Below are positions 8,911-19,095 of a DNA stretch of 64,000 nucleotides, piece after piece. The notes beneath the pieces were generated by a model, which was not told the origin of the DNA, made no database searches, and saw nothing but the letters and a program-made list of their open reading frames with translations. Location: NCBI GenBank assembly GCA_963794585.1, contig CAWCEO010000005.1, positions 156,225 to 220,224 on the forward strand, written 5' to 3'. Both the position numbers and the translations under genes were made by a program. The stretch comes from an uncultured Conexibacteraceae bacterium (GTDB lineage Bacteria > Actinomycetota > Thermoleophilia > Solirubrobacterales > Solirubrobacteraceae). The number at the start of each line of letters is the position of its first letter. Position 1 is the stretch's first letter.

Positions 8911-10038
8911 CTATTGCGCGCTGGAGGGGATCGCGGCGTTGGCCGCGGCCGGGGTGCTCTCGGATGCGGGTGCAGCCGCTGCCGGGTCGGCGGGCGGTGC
9001 GGTGTCCCCTGCCGGGGCCGGATCGGCCGGCGGCGCGGGATCAGCCGGAGCCGGATCGGCCGGCGGGGCCGGATCAGCAGGCGGCGCAGGATCAGCCGGA
9101 GCCGGGTCAGCCGGCGGGGCCGGATCAGCAGGCGGCGCAGGATCAGCCGGAGCCGGATCGGCCGGCGGGGCCGGATCAGCAGGCGGCGCAGGATCAGCCG
9201 GAGCCGGATCGGCCGGCGGGGCCGGATCCGAGGACGGGGCCGGGTCGGCGGGCACCGGGTCCGACGACGGCGCGGGGTCAGCGGGCGTCGGGGTATCGGT
9301 CGGCGGCGGGGGCTCGGTCGGATCGGTCGGGATCGGCGTCGGGTCGACCGGCGGCTCCGGGGTCGGCTCGGGCGTGGTCGGCACCGGCGTGGCGGGCGGG
9401 TCGGCGGTGAAGGCCGAAGGCGTGGTCGTGTCGCGGCGATCGGGGTTGCTGCCCGTCGTGGTGGGCGCGGCAGGCGCGACCGGCGCGCCGTGGTCGCTCT
9501 CCCACGCATCCGGGATGCCGTCGCCATCGGTGTCCACACCGGAACCGACGCGAATGTTGCTCGTGGCGCCGGTCGAGGTCGCGGGGTCGCGCTGGCCGTC
9601 GACCGAGCTGCTCGGCGCCGAGCCGAGCGAGAAGCCGAAGCCGTCGCGGGTCGCGCCGGCGACCGCGCCGGCGGGGCTGCCCGACCCCGCACTCGTGCCG
9701 CCAGCCGTCTCGCCACCGGCGACCGCACGTACGGGGATCGAGATACCGATGGCCGCGATGCCCGACGGGCCACCAAGGCCCGGCAGGAGCGCCGCGGTGC
9801 CGCCGACGCGTGTCGCACCGGCCAGCAGCGCCCTGCGCACGCTTTGGATCGCCTGCGCCTCCTGGGCGATCGGCGCGGTCGGCAGCGCGAGGCTGCGGGG
9901 CGTATCACCGGCCACCAGCGGCCAATGATCGAAGTGAAAGACCGAGCCCGTCAGGACGGTGGCGCCGGTGCCGATCAGCGAGAGCGCGGCCGTGACACCA
10001 GCGGCGGCGAAGAGGTGATCGTGGGTGCGATGCATCAT
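8911..10038 (-). CDS. Pro/Ala/Asp-rich repeat surface or membrane-anchored protein
   Basis: N-terminal hydrophobic segment, DTDGDGIPDAWE Ca-binding-type motif, PADPAP repeats. Confidence 0.65.
   Translation of the reverse strand: MMHRTHDHLFAAAGVTAALSLIGTGATVLTGSVFHFDHWPLVAGDTPRSLALPTAPIAQEAQAIQSVRRALLAGATRVGGTAALLPGLGGPSGIAAIGISIPVRAVAGGETAGGTSAGSGSPAGAVAGATRDGFGFSLGSAPSSSVDGQRDPATSTGATSNIRVGSGVDTDGDGIPDAWESDHGAPVAPAAPTTTGSNPDRRDTTTPSAFTADPPATPVPTTPEPTPEPPVDPTPIPTDPTEPPPPTDTPTPADPAPSSDPVPADPAPSSDPAPPADPAPADPAPPADPAPPADPAPADPAPPADPAPPADPAPADPAPPADPAPPADPAPADPAPPADPAPAGDTAPPADPAAAAPASESTPAAANAAIPSSAQ
9010..9260. repeat. Coding tandem repeat (~51-bp unit, PPADPAPPADPAPADPA)
   Basis: gccggcggggccggatcagcaggcggcgcaggatcagccggagccgg repeated near-identically about 3 times with degenerate flanking units. 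Confidence 0.9.
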
Positions 10039-10238
10039 CAGGAGGGACGTGAGAAAGGGACATGCTCCCTCACACATCTAGGTTTCGGCCTCCGGCACCC
10101 AGTCCTCAAGTGGGGTCTGCACCCCATGTCCGCTCGGAATTCCGGGGACTTCAGCCGTTCTGGCCTGTCTGTGTCTAAGAGCCTCTCAGACTTGGCGCGT
10201 AGGCGCTAGTTCCGACCCGCGCAAACCTCCTCAAACCC

Positions 10239-11507
10239 TCAGCTACGCCGAGGCACGCGGCCTCCACCGGCCCCCTGCTCGCTGGCCGGTCCGCCGCGCG
10301 CGGCGATCCCGAGGACCCGCATCGCCTTCAGCCCGAGGCTGAGCTTCTCGCGGCCATCGGTGGAACCAACATCCAGGCCCGACAGCTCGCGCACCCGCTC
10401 GAGCCGGTAGCGGATCGTGTGGCGATGGGTGAAGAGCCGCTGGGCGGTGCCCGCGACGTTGCCGTCGGCGTCGAGAAACGCCTCGACCGTGACCACCATG
10501 TCGGTCTCGTACTGCTCGTCATAGGCGACGAGCGGCTCGATCGTCTCGGCGTAGAAGCGCTGCAGCTCGGCGGGGTCCTCGCTCATCGCCGACAGCAGGA
10601 GCCGGTAGGCCCCGGTGTCGTCGAAGGCCATGACGCGGGGGCCCTCTTCCGCGGTGGCGTCACCCTCCGCGACGTTGGCGGCCAGCAGCGCCTCGTTGCC
10701 GGCGCGCGGGAGATCAGCTGGATCGGCAGCGAAACGGCTGCGTCCCAGCGCGAAGCTGTGGCCGGGCAGCGAGGCACCAAGCTCGCGCAGCACGCCCTCG
10801 GCGACGCGCTCGGCGACGGAGGCATCGGTGCCGGGCACCAGGACCACGACCTCGGAGCCGATGAACTCGACCCCCACCCCCTCCCGCCCAGAGGACGCAG
10901 CGACGGCGGTCGGGACGCTTGCACGCGCGCCGCGCTCGGCGACGGTGACGACGCGCTCGCGCCAGCCTTCCTCAGTGGGCACGTGGAGCTGTGCGCGCAC
11001 CACGATGATGGCGGCACCGGCGCTCACGTCGACGCCGATCTCCTCGGCGCGCGCGACGATCTCATCGCCGGCAACGAGGCGACGCCCGAGGAGGTCGTGC
11101 AGGAACTCGGCGACCGCCAGCTCGGAGGCACGGGCGGGAGCGCGCAGGCGCTGCACCTCGGAGGCGACGAGCGTCAGGATCAGCCGCAGGACCATCGGCG
11201 ACGGCGGGTCGCCGTCAGAGCGCGACCGCACCCGCAACTGGCCGACCTGCTCGTCGGCCACGCGGAGGTCGTGGATCTCGACCCCGGCGGCATCACCCAT
11301 CAGCCCGCGTTCGTCAGCGGGCGACCGCGCCGCCACGGCGAGGACCGCGCCAGACCGGTCGGTCAGCGCCAGGCTCGCGTCGTCAAGCGCGCGAGCGGAC
11401 GCGCGGATCACCTCGGGGAGGCCCGCACCGGACTCGACGGCGTCGGTGACGGCATCCAGGGCCTCGAGGTCGATTCCGGCCGGCGTCCTCGGAGCCGGGC
11501 TGGACAT
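10239..11507 (-). CDS. PucR/CdaR-family transcriptional regulator
   Basis: C-terminal HTH GNVAGTAQRLFTHRHTIRYRLERVRELSG; GGDEF-like central region. Confidence 0.9.
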   Translation of the reverse strand: MSSPAPRTPAGIDLEALDAVTDAVESGAGLPEVIRASARALDDASLALTDRSGAVLAVAARSPADERGLMGDAAGVEIHDLRVADEQVGQLRVRSRSDGDPPSPMVLRLILTLVASEVQRLRAPARASELAVAEFLHDLLGRRLVAGDEIVARAEEIGVDVSAGAAIIVVRAQLHVPTEEGWRERVVTVAERGARASVPTAVAASSGREGVGVEFIGSEVVVLVPGTDASVAERVAEGVLRELGASLPGHSFALGRSRFAADPADLPRAGNEALLAANVAEGDATAEEGPRVMAFDDTGAYRLLLSAMSEDPAELQRFYAETIEPLVAYDEQYETDMVVTVEAFLDADGNVAGTAQRLFTHRHTIRYRLERVRELSGLDVGSTDGREKLSLGLKAMRVLGIAARGGPASEQGAGGGRVPRRS

Positions 11508-11633
11508 GGCGCAGAGTTTACGGGGCCGAACCAATTCGCAGCATCTCTGCATGCGAAGGGCCATGAAGGAGGCCCAATCGCTCCGGGGCGAGGCCGGTTG
11601 GGGGCCGGGTTGGGCAGGGCCGGGGCGGGGTCG

Positions 11634-11858
11634 CTAGACCCCGATGCGATCCCAGAACCAGACGATCGCCGCTCCGCCCGCCACGCCAACGCCGACGAAC
11701 GCCGCCAGGACGTACAGGCTCAGGACGGCGGCGGCCATGCGCTGCCAGACCCGCGAGTAGGCCGTCCAGGCGGGGACCAGGATGAACGCCACGTAGGCGG
11801 CAAGGGCGAAGACGGTGCAGCATGCCCCGACGAGATAGGTGACCTCGGTGTTGCTCAC
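11634..11858 (-). CDS. Small 2-TM membrane protein
   Basis: GTGA overlap with upstream stop; two hydrophobic helices. Confidence 0.7.
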   Translation of the reverse strand: MSNTEVTYLVGACCTVFALAAYVAFILVPAWTAYSRVWQRMAAAVLSLYVLAAFVGVGVAGGAAIVWFWDRIGV

Positions 11859-13393
11859 GCGCGCCGTCCATTCTGCCGAAGGTGGACGACGACCAGCCCC
11901 ACCATGCCCGCCGCGGCGAAGATCGCGGCCGCTAGGCCGGCCCCGCCGACGACATCGGAGAGGTAGTGCGCGCGCAGGTAGACGCGCGTCAGCCCGACGA
12001 GGACGGCGACCACGATCGCGGTGACGATCGCCACGGTCGTCCGGGCCAGACCGGGCAGCGGGCGGGTGAGGACCAGCGCGATCGCGATCCACGCGAAGGC
12101 ATAGGCAGCGTGGGCCGACGGGTAGCTCTGGCCGGCGGTCTCGACGAGCGAACCGCTCGGACGCGGTCGGTCGACGACGGCCTTGGCGATGTGCACGGCA
12201 GCCCAGGTGAGCCCGAGGCCACTGACGAGCATCACCGACTCGGTGATCCGCCGGCGCATCAGCAGAGCGACGACGGCCAGCGCGGTGGCCACGGCGACAA
12301 CCGAGAAGCTGCCGAGGTGCGTGACGGCACGGGCAACGTCGTCGAGCGTGCCGCTCCGGATATTGTCGGCCCAGGTGAACGCGGTGCTGTCGCCGGTGAT
12401 GAGGTCCTTCTCATGCAGCGTGATCGCGTTGGCGGCGAAGGCGAACGAGCCGACAGCGGCGATCGCCAGCAGCGTCGTCAGCTCCAGGCCGAGCTCGCCG
12501 GGCGTGATCCGGTTCCAGAAGAACTTCAGCGGGCCGCGGGCCCAGCGGCCGATCGGGCGCAGGATGCGCGCCAGCGGCCGCAATGCCGGACGGTCGAGTT
12601 GCGTGTCGAGCCACGCCATCGCCGCGTCGCGGTGCTCTTGATGGCGGAAGTGGCGGTAGAGCCAGATTGCGCCGGCGACGACGACGATCGTCGCCCCGAG
12701 CGCCAGCGTTCCCTGCTCGGCGTAGTGCAGGACGCGATCGAAGCTCTGCCAGAAGACGTAGCCGAGGACCAGCAGCATCGTCGCCCAGGCGCCGGCGCCG
12801 ATGATGTCGTAGGGCAAGAAGCGCCGGAGCGGCATGCCCGACGATCCGGCCAGGAACGGGTTGACCGCGCGGACCAGCCCGACGAAGCGCCCAAGGAAGA
12901 TCGCCTTGCCACCGTGGCGATCAAAGAAGCCCTCGACCTGATGCACGCGCTCCTCGGTGATCTGCACCTTCGAGCCGTGCTTGATCAGGAACGCGCGGCC
13001 AAGTCGGCGCCCTGCATAGAAGCTCGCGAGGTCACCGAGGACCGCGCAGGTCCAGACAATCGCGATCAGCGCGACGAGCGAGATCGTTCCCTGGCCGGCG
13101 ACGACGCCGCCGAAGATCAAGAAGGTCTCGCCAGGCGCGATCAGACCGACAAACGCACCGGTCTCGAAGAACGCCATCACGCCGACGACGACATAGGTCC
13201 ACTGACCGAGCGTGTCGCCCGCGTCCTCGACGATCTTCTTGAAGTCGGGCAGCTCGATCAGCCCACTGCCGTAGACGAGCAGCCCGATGGTGGCGATGGC
13301 GCCGCCGATCAGCAGCGTCGGCTCGAGCTTGCGCCGGCGCAGCACGAGGAACGCGGCCAAGAGGACCGCGCCGATGATGGGTGCCGGTTTCAT
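11855..13393 (-). CDS. Bifunctional DedA (VTT) / PAP2 phosphatase membrane protein
   Basis: FETGAFVGLIAPGET and FLGRFVG (DedA); KAVVDRPRP, SYPSAHA, RVYLRAHYLSDV (PAP2). Confidence 0.9.
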   Translation of the reverse strand: MKPAPIIGAVLLAAFLVLRRRKLEPTLLIGGAIATIGLLVYGSGLIELPDFKKIVEDAGDTLGQWTYVVVGVMAFFETGAFVGLIAPGETFLIFGGVVAGQGTISLVALIAIVWTCAVLGDLASFYAGRRLGRAFLIKHGSKVQITEERVHQVEGFFDRHGGKAIFLGRFVGLVRAVNPFLAGSSGMPLRRFLPYDIIGAGAWATMLLVLGYVFWQSFDRVLHYAEQGTLALGATIVVVAGAIWLYRHFRHQEHRDAAMAWLDTQLDRPALRPLARILRPIGRWARGPLKFFWNRITPGELGLELTTLLAIAAVGSFAFAANAITLHEKDLITGDSTAFTWADNIRSGTLDDVARAVTHLGSFSVVAVATALAVVALLMRRRITESVMLVSGLGLTWAAVHIAKAVVDRPRPSGSLVETAGQSYPSAHAAYAFAWIAIALVLTRPLPGLARTTVAIVTAIVVAVLVGLTRVYLRAHYLSDVVGGAGLAAAIFAAAGMVGLVVVHLRQNGRRA

Positions 13394-14247
13394 GCGGCCA
13401 GGACCTCGCCGCCGTGCGGGCCGATCGGCTTGGCGACCTTCGAGCCCGGGAAGTGCTCGCGCGCTGCTTTGGCGGCTTTGACGTCGTGAAAGAGCCCGAG
13501 CACGGTCGGGCCGCTGCCGCTGACCATCGCCACGTCGGCACCCGCGTCGCGAACGCGCGCGAGCGTCTCACCGAGCTCGGGGCGCAGGGAGAGCGCGGCG
13601 GGCTCCAGCTCGTTGACGCACAACTCGTCGGGCAGATCGGGCAGACCATTGCGGACAGCGTCCAGCGCCGCGGCAAGGCCGGCGCTGTCGCGGGCAAGAC
13701 CAAGACGGTCGGCTTCGCGAAAGACGTCGGCGGTCAACAGCGCGCCGTCGGCAGGCACGACCAGGACGCCGTAGCGCGGCACGCCGGGCACGCGCTCAAC
13801 CTGCTCGCCAGCGCCCGTGGCCAGCACGCGTCCGGGCTTGACCTGGGCGGGCACGTCGGCGCCGAGGCCGGTGGCGATCTCATGCAGCAGGTCGCGGTCC
13901 TCGATGCCCGATGCGCGGGCCAGCAGGCGCAGCGCAGCGCCCGCGTCAGCCGAGCCGCCGGCCATGCCCGCCGCGACGGGGATCCGCTTGTCGATGCTGA
14001 TGCGCACAGGGTCGCCGTGCCAGCCGGTCGTCTCGCGGAAGGCAGCAATTGCGGTCGCGACGAGGTTGACGCCGGCGACGCCGGGACAGTCGACAGCGTC
14101 GGTGCCGTCGCCGTCCTCCAGGCGCAACCGGTCGGCAAGCGTCACGGACTGCATGATCGACACCAGCTCGTGACGGCCGTCGGCACGCGTCGGCCCGAGG
14201 AAGAGGCAGACGTTGATCTTGCCCGGCGCCCGCGTCTCGAGTCTCAT
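13390..14247 (-). CDS. ispE: 4-diphosphocytidyl-2C-methyl-D-erythritol kinase
   Basis: APGKINVCL, KRIPVAAGMAGGSADA, LGADVP, VSGSGPT. Confidence 0.95.
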   Translation of the reverse strand: MRLETRAPGKINVCLFLGPTRADGRHELVSIMQSVTLADRLRLEDGDGTDAVDCPGVAGVNLVATAIAAFRETTGWHGDPVRISIDKRIPVAAGMAGGSADAGAALRLLARASGIEDRDLLHEIATGLGADVPAQVKPGRVLATGAGEQVERVPGVPRYGVLVVPADGALLTADVFREADRLGLARDSAGLAAALDAVRNGLPDLPDELCVNELEPAALSLRPELGETLARVRDAGADVAMVSGSGPTVLGLFHDVKAAKAAREHFPGSKVAKPIGPHGGEVLAA

Positions 14248-15086
14248 AGCGCGATCCGCGCCCCCAGCGCACGGAACTGCTCGGGGGTCAGGCGCTCGGC
14301 GCGGGCATCCTCGGGCAAGCCGAGCTCGGCCAGCGCCATGCGGGCGCGATCGCCGAGCGGCTTGTCGCCGGTGTGCAGTTGCAGGGACTTGGCGAGCGTT
14401 TTGCGGCGGTGCGCGAACGCGCCGTGGACGAGCGACCGCAGCGCGGGCGACGGCGCGTCGCCGGTGCGCTCCAACACGACGAGAACCGAGTCGACGTTCG
14501 GGACCGGATGAAAGACGGTGCGCGCGACGGAACGGTGGACGCGGACGTCGCAGGCGAGCTGAGCCAGGACGCTGGGCACGCCGTAGGCCGATGTCCCTGC
14601 GGGCGCGGCGAAACGCTCGCCGACTTCCTTCTGCACCATCGCGACCCAGCGGGTGACCGACGGCAGCTCGAACACCGTGCGCAGGATCGCCGTCGCCGCG
14701 ATCCCGTAAGGGAGGTTGGCCACCACCTTGGTCGGCACCGGATCGAGCGCGGCGAGGTCGAGCGCCAGCGCGTCACCAAGGTGCAGCGTCGTATTGGGAT
14801 GCGGCGCGAGCGCGTCGCGCAGCGCGGGCTCCAGCGAGCGGTCAAGCTCGACGACGTGCGTGTGCGCGGTGCGCTGCGCGAGATGCTCGGACAGGACCCC
14901 GAGGCCACCACCGATCTCCAGCGCGACATCGTCGGGCGTCAGCTCCGCTGCCCGCTCGATGACGCCCAAGATGTTGGAATCGATCAGGAAGTTCTGACCA
15001 AGGTCGCGCTTGGGCCGCACGTCGAACGCGCGCATGCGCCGCAGGCTCGGCTGCGCCGGGAGGTCTGTTGGCGGCTGGTCGGTCAC
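14244..15086 (-). CDS. rsmA: 16S rRNA m6(2)A dimethyltransferase
   Basis: LGQNFLID, LEIGGGLG, VANLPY, MVQKEV, FHPVPNVDS; GTGA-overlap start. Confidence 0.95.
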   Translation of the reverse strand: MTDQPPTDLPAQPSLRRMRAFDVRPKRDLGQNFLIDSNILGVIERAAELTPDDVALEIGGGLGVLSEHLAQRTAHTHVVELDRSLEPALRDALAPHPNTTLHLGDALALDLAALDPVPTKVVANLPYGIAATAILRTVFELPSVTRWVAMVQKEVGERFAAPAGTSAYGVPSVLAQLACDVRVHRSVARTVFHPVPNVDSVLVVLERTGDAPSPALRSLVHGAFAHRRKTLAKSLQLHTGDKPLGDRARMALAELGLPEDARAERLTPEQFRALGARIAL

Positions 15087-15844
15087 CACTGAAACAGCGT
15101 GGCCGCGTTGCGCTCGACGATCGCCTCGAGCTCCGTGTAGGTCTGCCCGCGCTGCTCCGCGACGAACTGCGCGGTCTCGGTGACGTAGGCCGGCTGGTTG
15201 CGCTCTTTGCGCATCGGCTGTGGCGTGAGGTACGGCGCGTCGGTCTCCACCAGCAACTTGTCGTCGGGCACACGCGCCGCGGCGGCGGCCAAGTCCTCGT
15301 TCTTGGGGTAGGTGACGTTGCCGGCAAACGAGATCCACCAGCCCTCGGCTAGGCACTCGTCGAGCCGATCGGGCATCGAGAAGCAGTGCAGGATGACGTT
15401 GACGCCGCCGGCACGCGCGCGCAGGGTGGCGATCGTGTCGTCCTCGGCCGCACGGCTGTGGATGACCAACGGCTTGCCGATGTCGCGCGCCAGTTCGATC
15501 TGCGCATGGAACGCGCGCTCCTGATCGGCACGCGGCGCGTAGTCGCGAAAGAAGTCCAAGCCGGTCTCGCCAATGGCCCGGCAACGCTCGTGGACGGCGA
15601 GCGCCTGCAGCTCGGCGAGATGACCGTCGTCAAAGCCCGTCGCCTTGTTGGGGTGGTGGCCAATCGCGGCGAAGACCTGTGGGAACTCGTCGGCGGTGGC
15701 CAGTGCGGCGCGGCCGGTCGCGCCATCCTGTCCGACCGTGAGGATCCGGTTGACGCCGGCGCGCGTCCCCGCGGAGACGAGCTCCGCGGAGCTCGGCCCC
15801 CCGCTGGCTGCGCAGGAGTCCAGATGGGTGTGGGAGTCGATCAA
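15083..15844 (-). CDS. tatD: TatD-family hydrolase
   Basis: IDSHTHLD, AIGETGLD, VIHSR, LHCF, LVETDAPYL. Confidence 0.93.
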   Translation of the reverse strand: MIDSHTHLDSCAASGGPSSAELVSAGTRAGVNRILTVGQDGATGRAALATADEFPQVFAAIGHHPNKATGFDDGHLAELQALAVHERCRAIGETGLDFFRDYAPRADQERAFHAQIELARDIGKPLVIHSRAAEDDTIATLRARAGGVNVILHCFSMPDRLDECLAEGWWISFAGNVTYPKNEDLAAAAARVPDDKLLVETDAPYLTPQPMRKERNQPAYVTETAQFVAEQRGQTYTELEAIVERNAATLFQW

Positions 15845-17382
15845 GCGGCCTTCGGGGACTGCTGCTGCTTGGGAAAGAGCGGGTCGAGGTCGGAGACGTG
15901 GACGGGGAGCGCCGCGCCGAGGCGCGCGCCGTCGATCGCCAGGGCCGGCGCGGTGTCGCCATCGAGGTCCGGTGCGCCGAGCGCTTGCAACAGGATGCCC
16001 GCACGGTCCGGGATCCACGCGTGGAGCAGGACCGTCAGCACGCGGAGGCCCTCGACGAGCGTGGCGAGCGTCTGGTCGAGCTCGGCGACGCGTCCCTCGT
16101 CCTTGGCCATCTTCCACGGCTCTTGATCGCCGACGTAGGCGTTGAGCCGGCGCACCCGCACCCAGATCTCCTCGAGCGCCGGCGTCAGCTCGGCGCGGCC
16201 GACGAGCTCGCCGACGCGCTCGCTCAGTCCCTCGAACTCGGCGACGATGGTCGGGTCGAGCGCGACTTGCGGCACGGCGCCGTCGCGGTAGCGCAGCACC
16301 ATCTTGATGGTGCGGCTGGCGAGGTTGCCGAAGTCATTGGCCAGCTCAGACTCGTAGCGCTTCTCAAAGTCGGCGGTCGAGACCGAGCCGTCCTGCCCGA
16401 AGCTGACGTCGCGCAGCAGGTAGAAGCGCAGCGCGTCGGCGCCGTAGGTCTCGATGACCGCGAACGGATCCAGGACGTTGCCCAGCGACTTGGACATCTT
16501 GTGACCCTCCATCAGGAGGTAGCCGTGGACGAAGACGTGCTCGGGCAGCGGCAGGTCGGCGGCCATCAGCAACGCGGGCCAGAAGACGCAGTGGAACTTG
16601 AGGATGTCCTTGGCGATGAGGTGGTAGCTCGCCGGCCAGAACTCCTCGCGCAGGTCCTCACCGGGGCGAGCGTAGGTCAGCGCGGTGTAGTAGTTCAACA
16701 ACGCGTCGAACCACACGTAGAACACGTGGCTCTCGTCCCACGGGACCGGCACGCCCCAGGTGAGCTTGCCGCGCGTGAGCGAGACGTCGTTCAACCCGCC
16801 CTTGATGAAGGACAACGCCTCGTTGTAGCGCGAGGACGGGGTGATGAAGCCCGGGTTGTCGGCGTAGAGCTGCTCGAGGCGCTCCTGCAAGAGCGACAAC
16901 TTGAAGAAGTAGTTCTCCTCCTCCTCCCAGGTGAGCTCGATCAGGTGGATCGGGCAGCGGTTGCCGTCGACGATCTCCTGTTCGGACTTGAAGTCAGCAC
17001 AGCGCGGGCAATACCAACCCTGGTAGGTGCCGAGCTCGACGTAGCCGTTGTCCTTCACCTTGGTGAGGACCTCCTGCACCGCCTTGCCGTGCTCAGGGTC
17101 AGAGGTGCGGATGAAGAAGTCGTTGGTGGCATTGAGCAGCGGTGCGAGCGCCTTGAAGCGCTCGGCGTTCTTGTCGGCCAGCTCACGCGGGGTGACGCCG
17201 GCGGCCTCAGCCGCAAGCGCAACGGGCTCGCCGTGCTCGTCGGTACCGGTGAGGAAGAAGACGTCCTCGCCACGCTGGCGCATGTGGCGCGCCATCACGT
17301 CCGCGGCGATCGTCGTGTACGCGTGCCCGAGGTGGGGCGCCGCGTTGACGTAGTAGATGGGCGTCGTGATGTAGAAGGACAT
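15841..17382 (-). CDS. metG: Methionine--tRNA ligase
   Basis: YITTPIYYVN, HLGH, YVWFDAL, KMSKS. Confidence 0.97.
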   Translation of the reverse strand: MSFYITTPIYYVNAAPHLGHAYTTIAADVMARHMRQRGEDVFFLTGTDEHGEPVALAAEAAGVTPRELADKNAERFKALAPLLNATNDFFIRTSDPEHGKAVQEVLTKVKDNGYVELGTYQGWYCPRCADFKSEQEIVDGNRCPIHLIELTWEEEENYFFKLSLLQERLEQLYADNPGFITPSSRYNEALSFIKGGLNDVSLTRGKLTWGVPVPWDESHVFYVWFDALLNYYTALTYARPGEDLREEFWPASYHLIAKDILKFHCVFWPALLMAADLPLPEHVFVHGYLLMEGHKMSKSLGNVLDPFAVIETYGADALRFYLLRDVSFGQDGSVSTADFEKRYESELANDFGNLASRTIKMVLRYRDGAVPQVALDPTIVAEFEGLSERVGELVGRAELTPALEEIWVRVRRLNAYVGDQEPWKMAKDEGRVAELDQTLATLVEGLRVLTVLLHAWIPDRAGILLQALGAPDLDGDTAPALAIDGARLGAALPVHVSDLDPLFPKQQQSPKAA

Positions 17383-17394
17383 CTGGGCCTAACG

Positions 17395-18132
17395 CTACCG
17401 CTGTGCGAGCGCCGTCCCGGTGCGCCTATGGCCGCGCTGCCGCTGCCACGTCACACCGCCGCCTCCGACCCCCGCGGCGAGAAGGGCGAGGCCGGTCCAC
17501 GCGAGCATGGGAAGCGCTGCCCCATGAGGCGCCGTGACAGCCGTCGGATGAGCGCTTGCGGCAGGCGCGACGGCAATCGTTGCGTGCGGGTTTGCGACCA
17601 GGGCAGCCGACGGCGTGGCGCGCGATCGCGGCCGGGCTGCCGGCCCGCCGCGCGGAGCAACCGGCGGCGCGGACGGCTCGCCACGGCTGAGCAGACCGAG
17701 CGGATCGATATAGCCATGGCGCCTGCCCACCCGCCGGGCACCCAGCCGCAGCACCCCATGCTGTGCCAACCGGCCGACCACGGCGCCAGGCCAGACACGA
17801 GCGCCACGGGCAACCGACGCCGACGCCAGCCCCAACTCGGTGGCGACCAGGCCACCACAGCGCAGGCTGACCCCACGTCCCCACCCCGGGACGCGCCCGG
17901 CATAGGTCACGATGCCGGCGCACGCCGCGACCACCCGCGTACCCGGCGTGCCCCGCAGGTCGATGCCACGACGGGCGCCGCGCACGTATGGGGCCGCGCG
18001 ATCGAACGTGAACGCAGCGCTCAGCGTGCCGTCCGGCAACGGCGGGCGCCAACGCCCACGCGCCATGCCAACGTCAGGGACGAGCACCGAGACGGCGACG
18101 GCGAGCAACAGGGCGAGCGCGATGCGAGACAT
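17395..18132 (-). CDS. M23 peptidase-like exported protein (possibly degenerate)
   Basis: Signal peptide, RRGIDLRG..GTRVVAACAGIVTYAG, YIDPL, C-terminal TM; canonical His ligands not evident. Confidence 0.6.
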   Translation of the reverse strand: MSRIALALLLAVAVSVLVPDVGMARGRWRPPLPDGTLSAAFTFDRAAPYVRGARRGIDLRGTPGTRVVAACAGIVTYAGRVPGWGRGVSLRCGGLVATELGLASASVARGARVWPGAVVGRLAQHGVLRLGARRVGRRHGYIDPLGLLSRGEPSAPPVAPRGGPAARPRSRATPSAALVANPHATIAVAPAASAHPTAVTAPHGAALPMLAWTGLALLAAGVGGGGVTWQRQRGHRRTGTALAQR

Positions 18133-18285
18133 GCACGCGACCGTATGCCCGCCGCGCCCCAGCACCCGCTCCTGTCACAGAATCGGCACGAACATGTCGC
18201 AGTGGCGCAACCAACCCGCGCGAACACGTTCTTAAGGGGTCTGACCCTGGGGCCGTGGCCGTGACCCCTCGGTGTGACCTGACCC

Positions 18286-19095
18286 TCAGCGGTCGAGCAA
18301 TGCCTTGTACAACGCGTTGGCCGGCACGCCCGTGAGCTCGGCGACGACGCCCGCCGCCGGCCGCGCCTTGGCCCCCGCCTCGACGAGCCGAGCCAGCGCG
18401 TCCAGCGCCGGCGTCACATCCACCGCCTCGGGCGGCGCACCGCCCACGACCACGACGATCTCGCCCCGCGGAGCCTCGTCCGCGTACCGCGCCGCCAGCT
18501 CGCCCGCCGTGCCGCGCACGACCTCCTCGTGGAGCTTGGTCAGCTCGCGACACACCACGACCGCCCGCTCCGCGTCCACCGCCGCCAACGCAGCCAGCGA
18601 CGCGCCCACGCGTCGCGGCGACTCGAACGCCACGAGCGTCTCGCCCGCACCCCGAAACAGCGTCTCCAACTCGCCGCGCTTGCGCGGCAGGAACCCAACG
18701 AAGCGCCATGTCGTCGCCGGCAGCCCCGAGACCACCAGCGCGGTCAGCGCCGCGCTCGGCCCCGGCAATACCTCGACCCCGACATCCGCCGCCACACACG
18801 CCGCGACCAGCAAGAACCCCGGGTCGTTGACCAGCGGCATCCCCGCGTCGCTGACCAGCGCCACGGTCTCCCCCGCCTGCATCCGCGCCACCAGCTCGGC
18901 AGCGCGTGCCGCCTCGTTGTGCTCGTGGTAGCTCACGGTCCGAGCCGAGATCCCATGCCGATCGAGCAGCACGCGCGTATGGCGGGTGTCCTCGCAGGCC
19001 ACCACGTCGGCCTCGCGCAACGCGGTCAGCACGCGCAGCGTGATGTCCTCCATGTTGCCGATCGGCGTGGGACAGACGACGAGCGAGCCGGTCAT
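18286..19095 (-). CDS. rsmI: 16S rRNA C1402 2'-O-methyltransferase
   Basis: TPIGNMEDIT, ACEDTR, VSDAGMP, FESPRR, RELTKLHEE. Confidence 0.96.
   Translation of the reverse strand: MTGSLVVCPTPIGNMEDITLRVLTALREADVVACEDTRHTRVLLDRHGISARTVSYHEHNEAARAAELVARMQAGETVALVSDAGMPLVNDPGFLLVAACVAADVGVEVLPGPSAALTALVVSGLPATTWRFVGFLPRKRGELETLFRGAGETLVAFESPRRVGASLAALAAVDAERAVVVCRELTKLHEEVVRGTAGELAARYADEAPRGEIVVVVGGAPPEAVDVTPALDALARLVEAGAKARPAAGVVAELTGVPANALYKALLDR

Noticed and set aside
8674-10209. Arg-rich and Gly/Ala/Ser-rich repeat ORFs (8674-10209, 8847-9908, 8939-9928)
   Set aside because: Alternative frames of the same tandem repeat; only the 8911-10038 frame has an N-terminal TM and a recognisable motif
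18236-18285. GGGGTCTGACCC and repeated TGACC as a REP or operator cluster
   Set aside because: Single, degenerate and short; cannot be separated from chance without a genome-wide count
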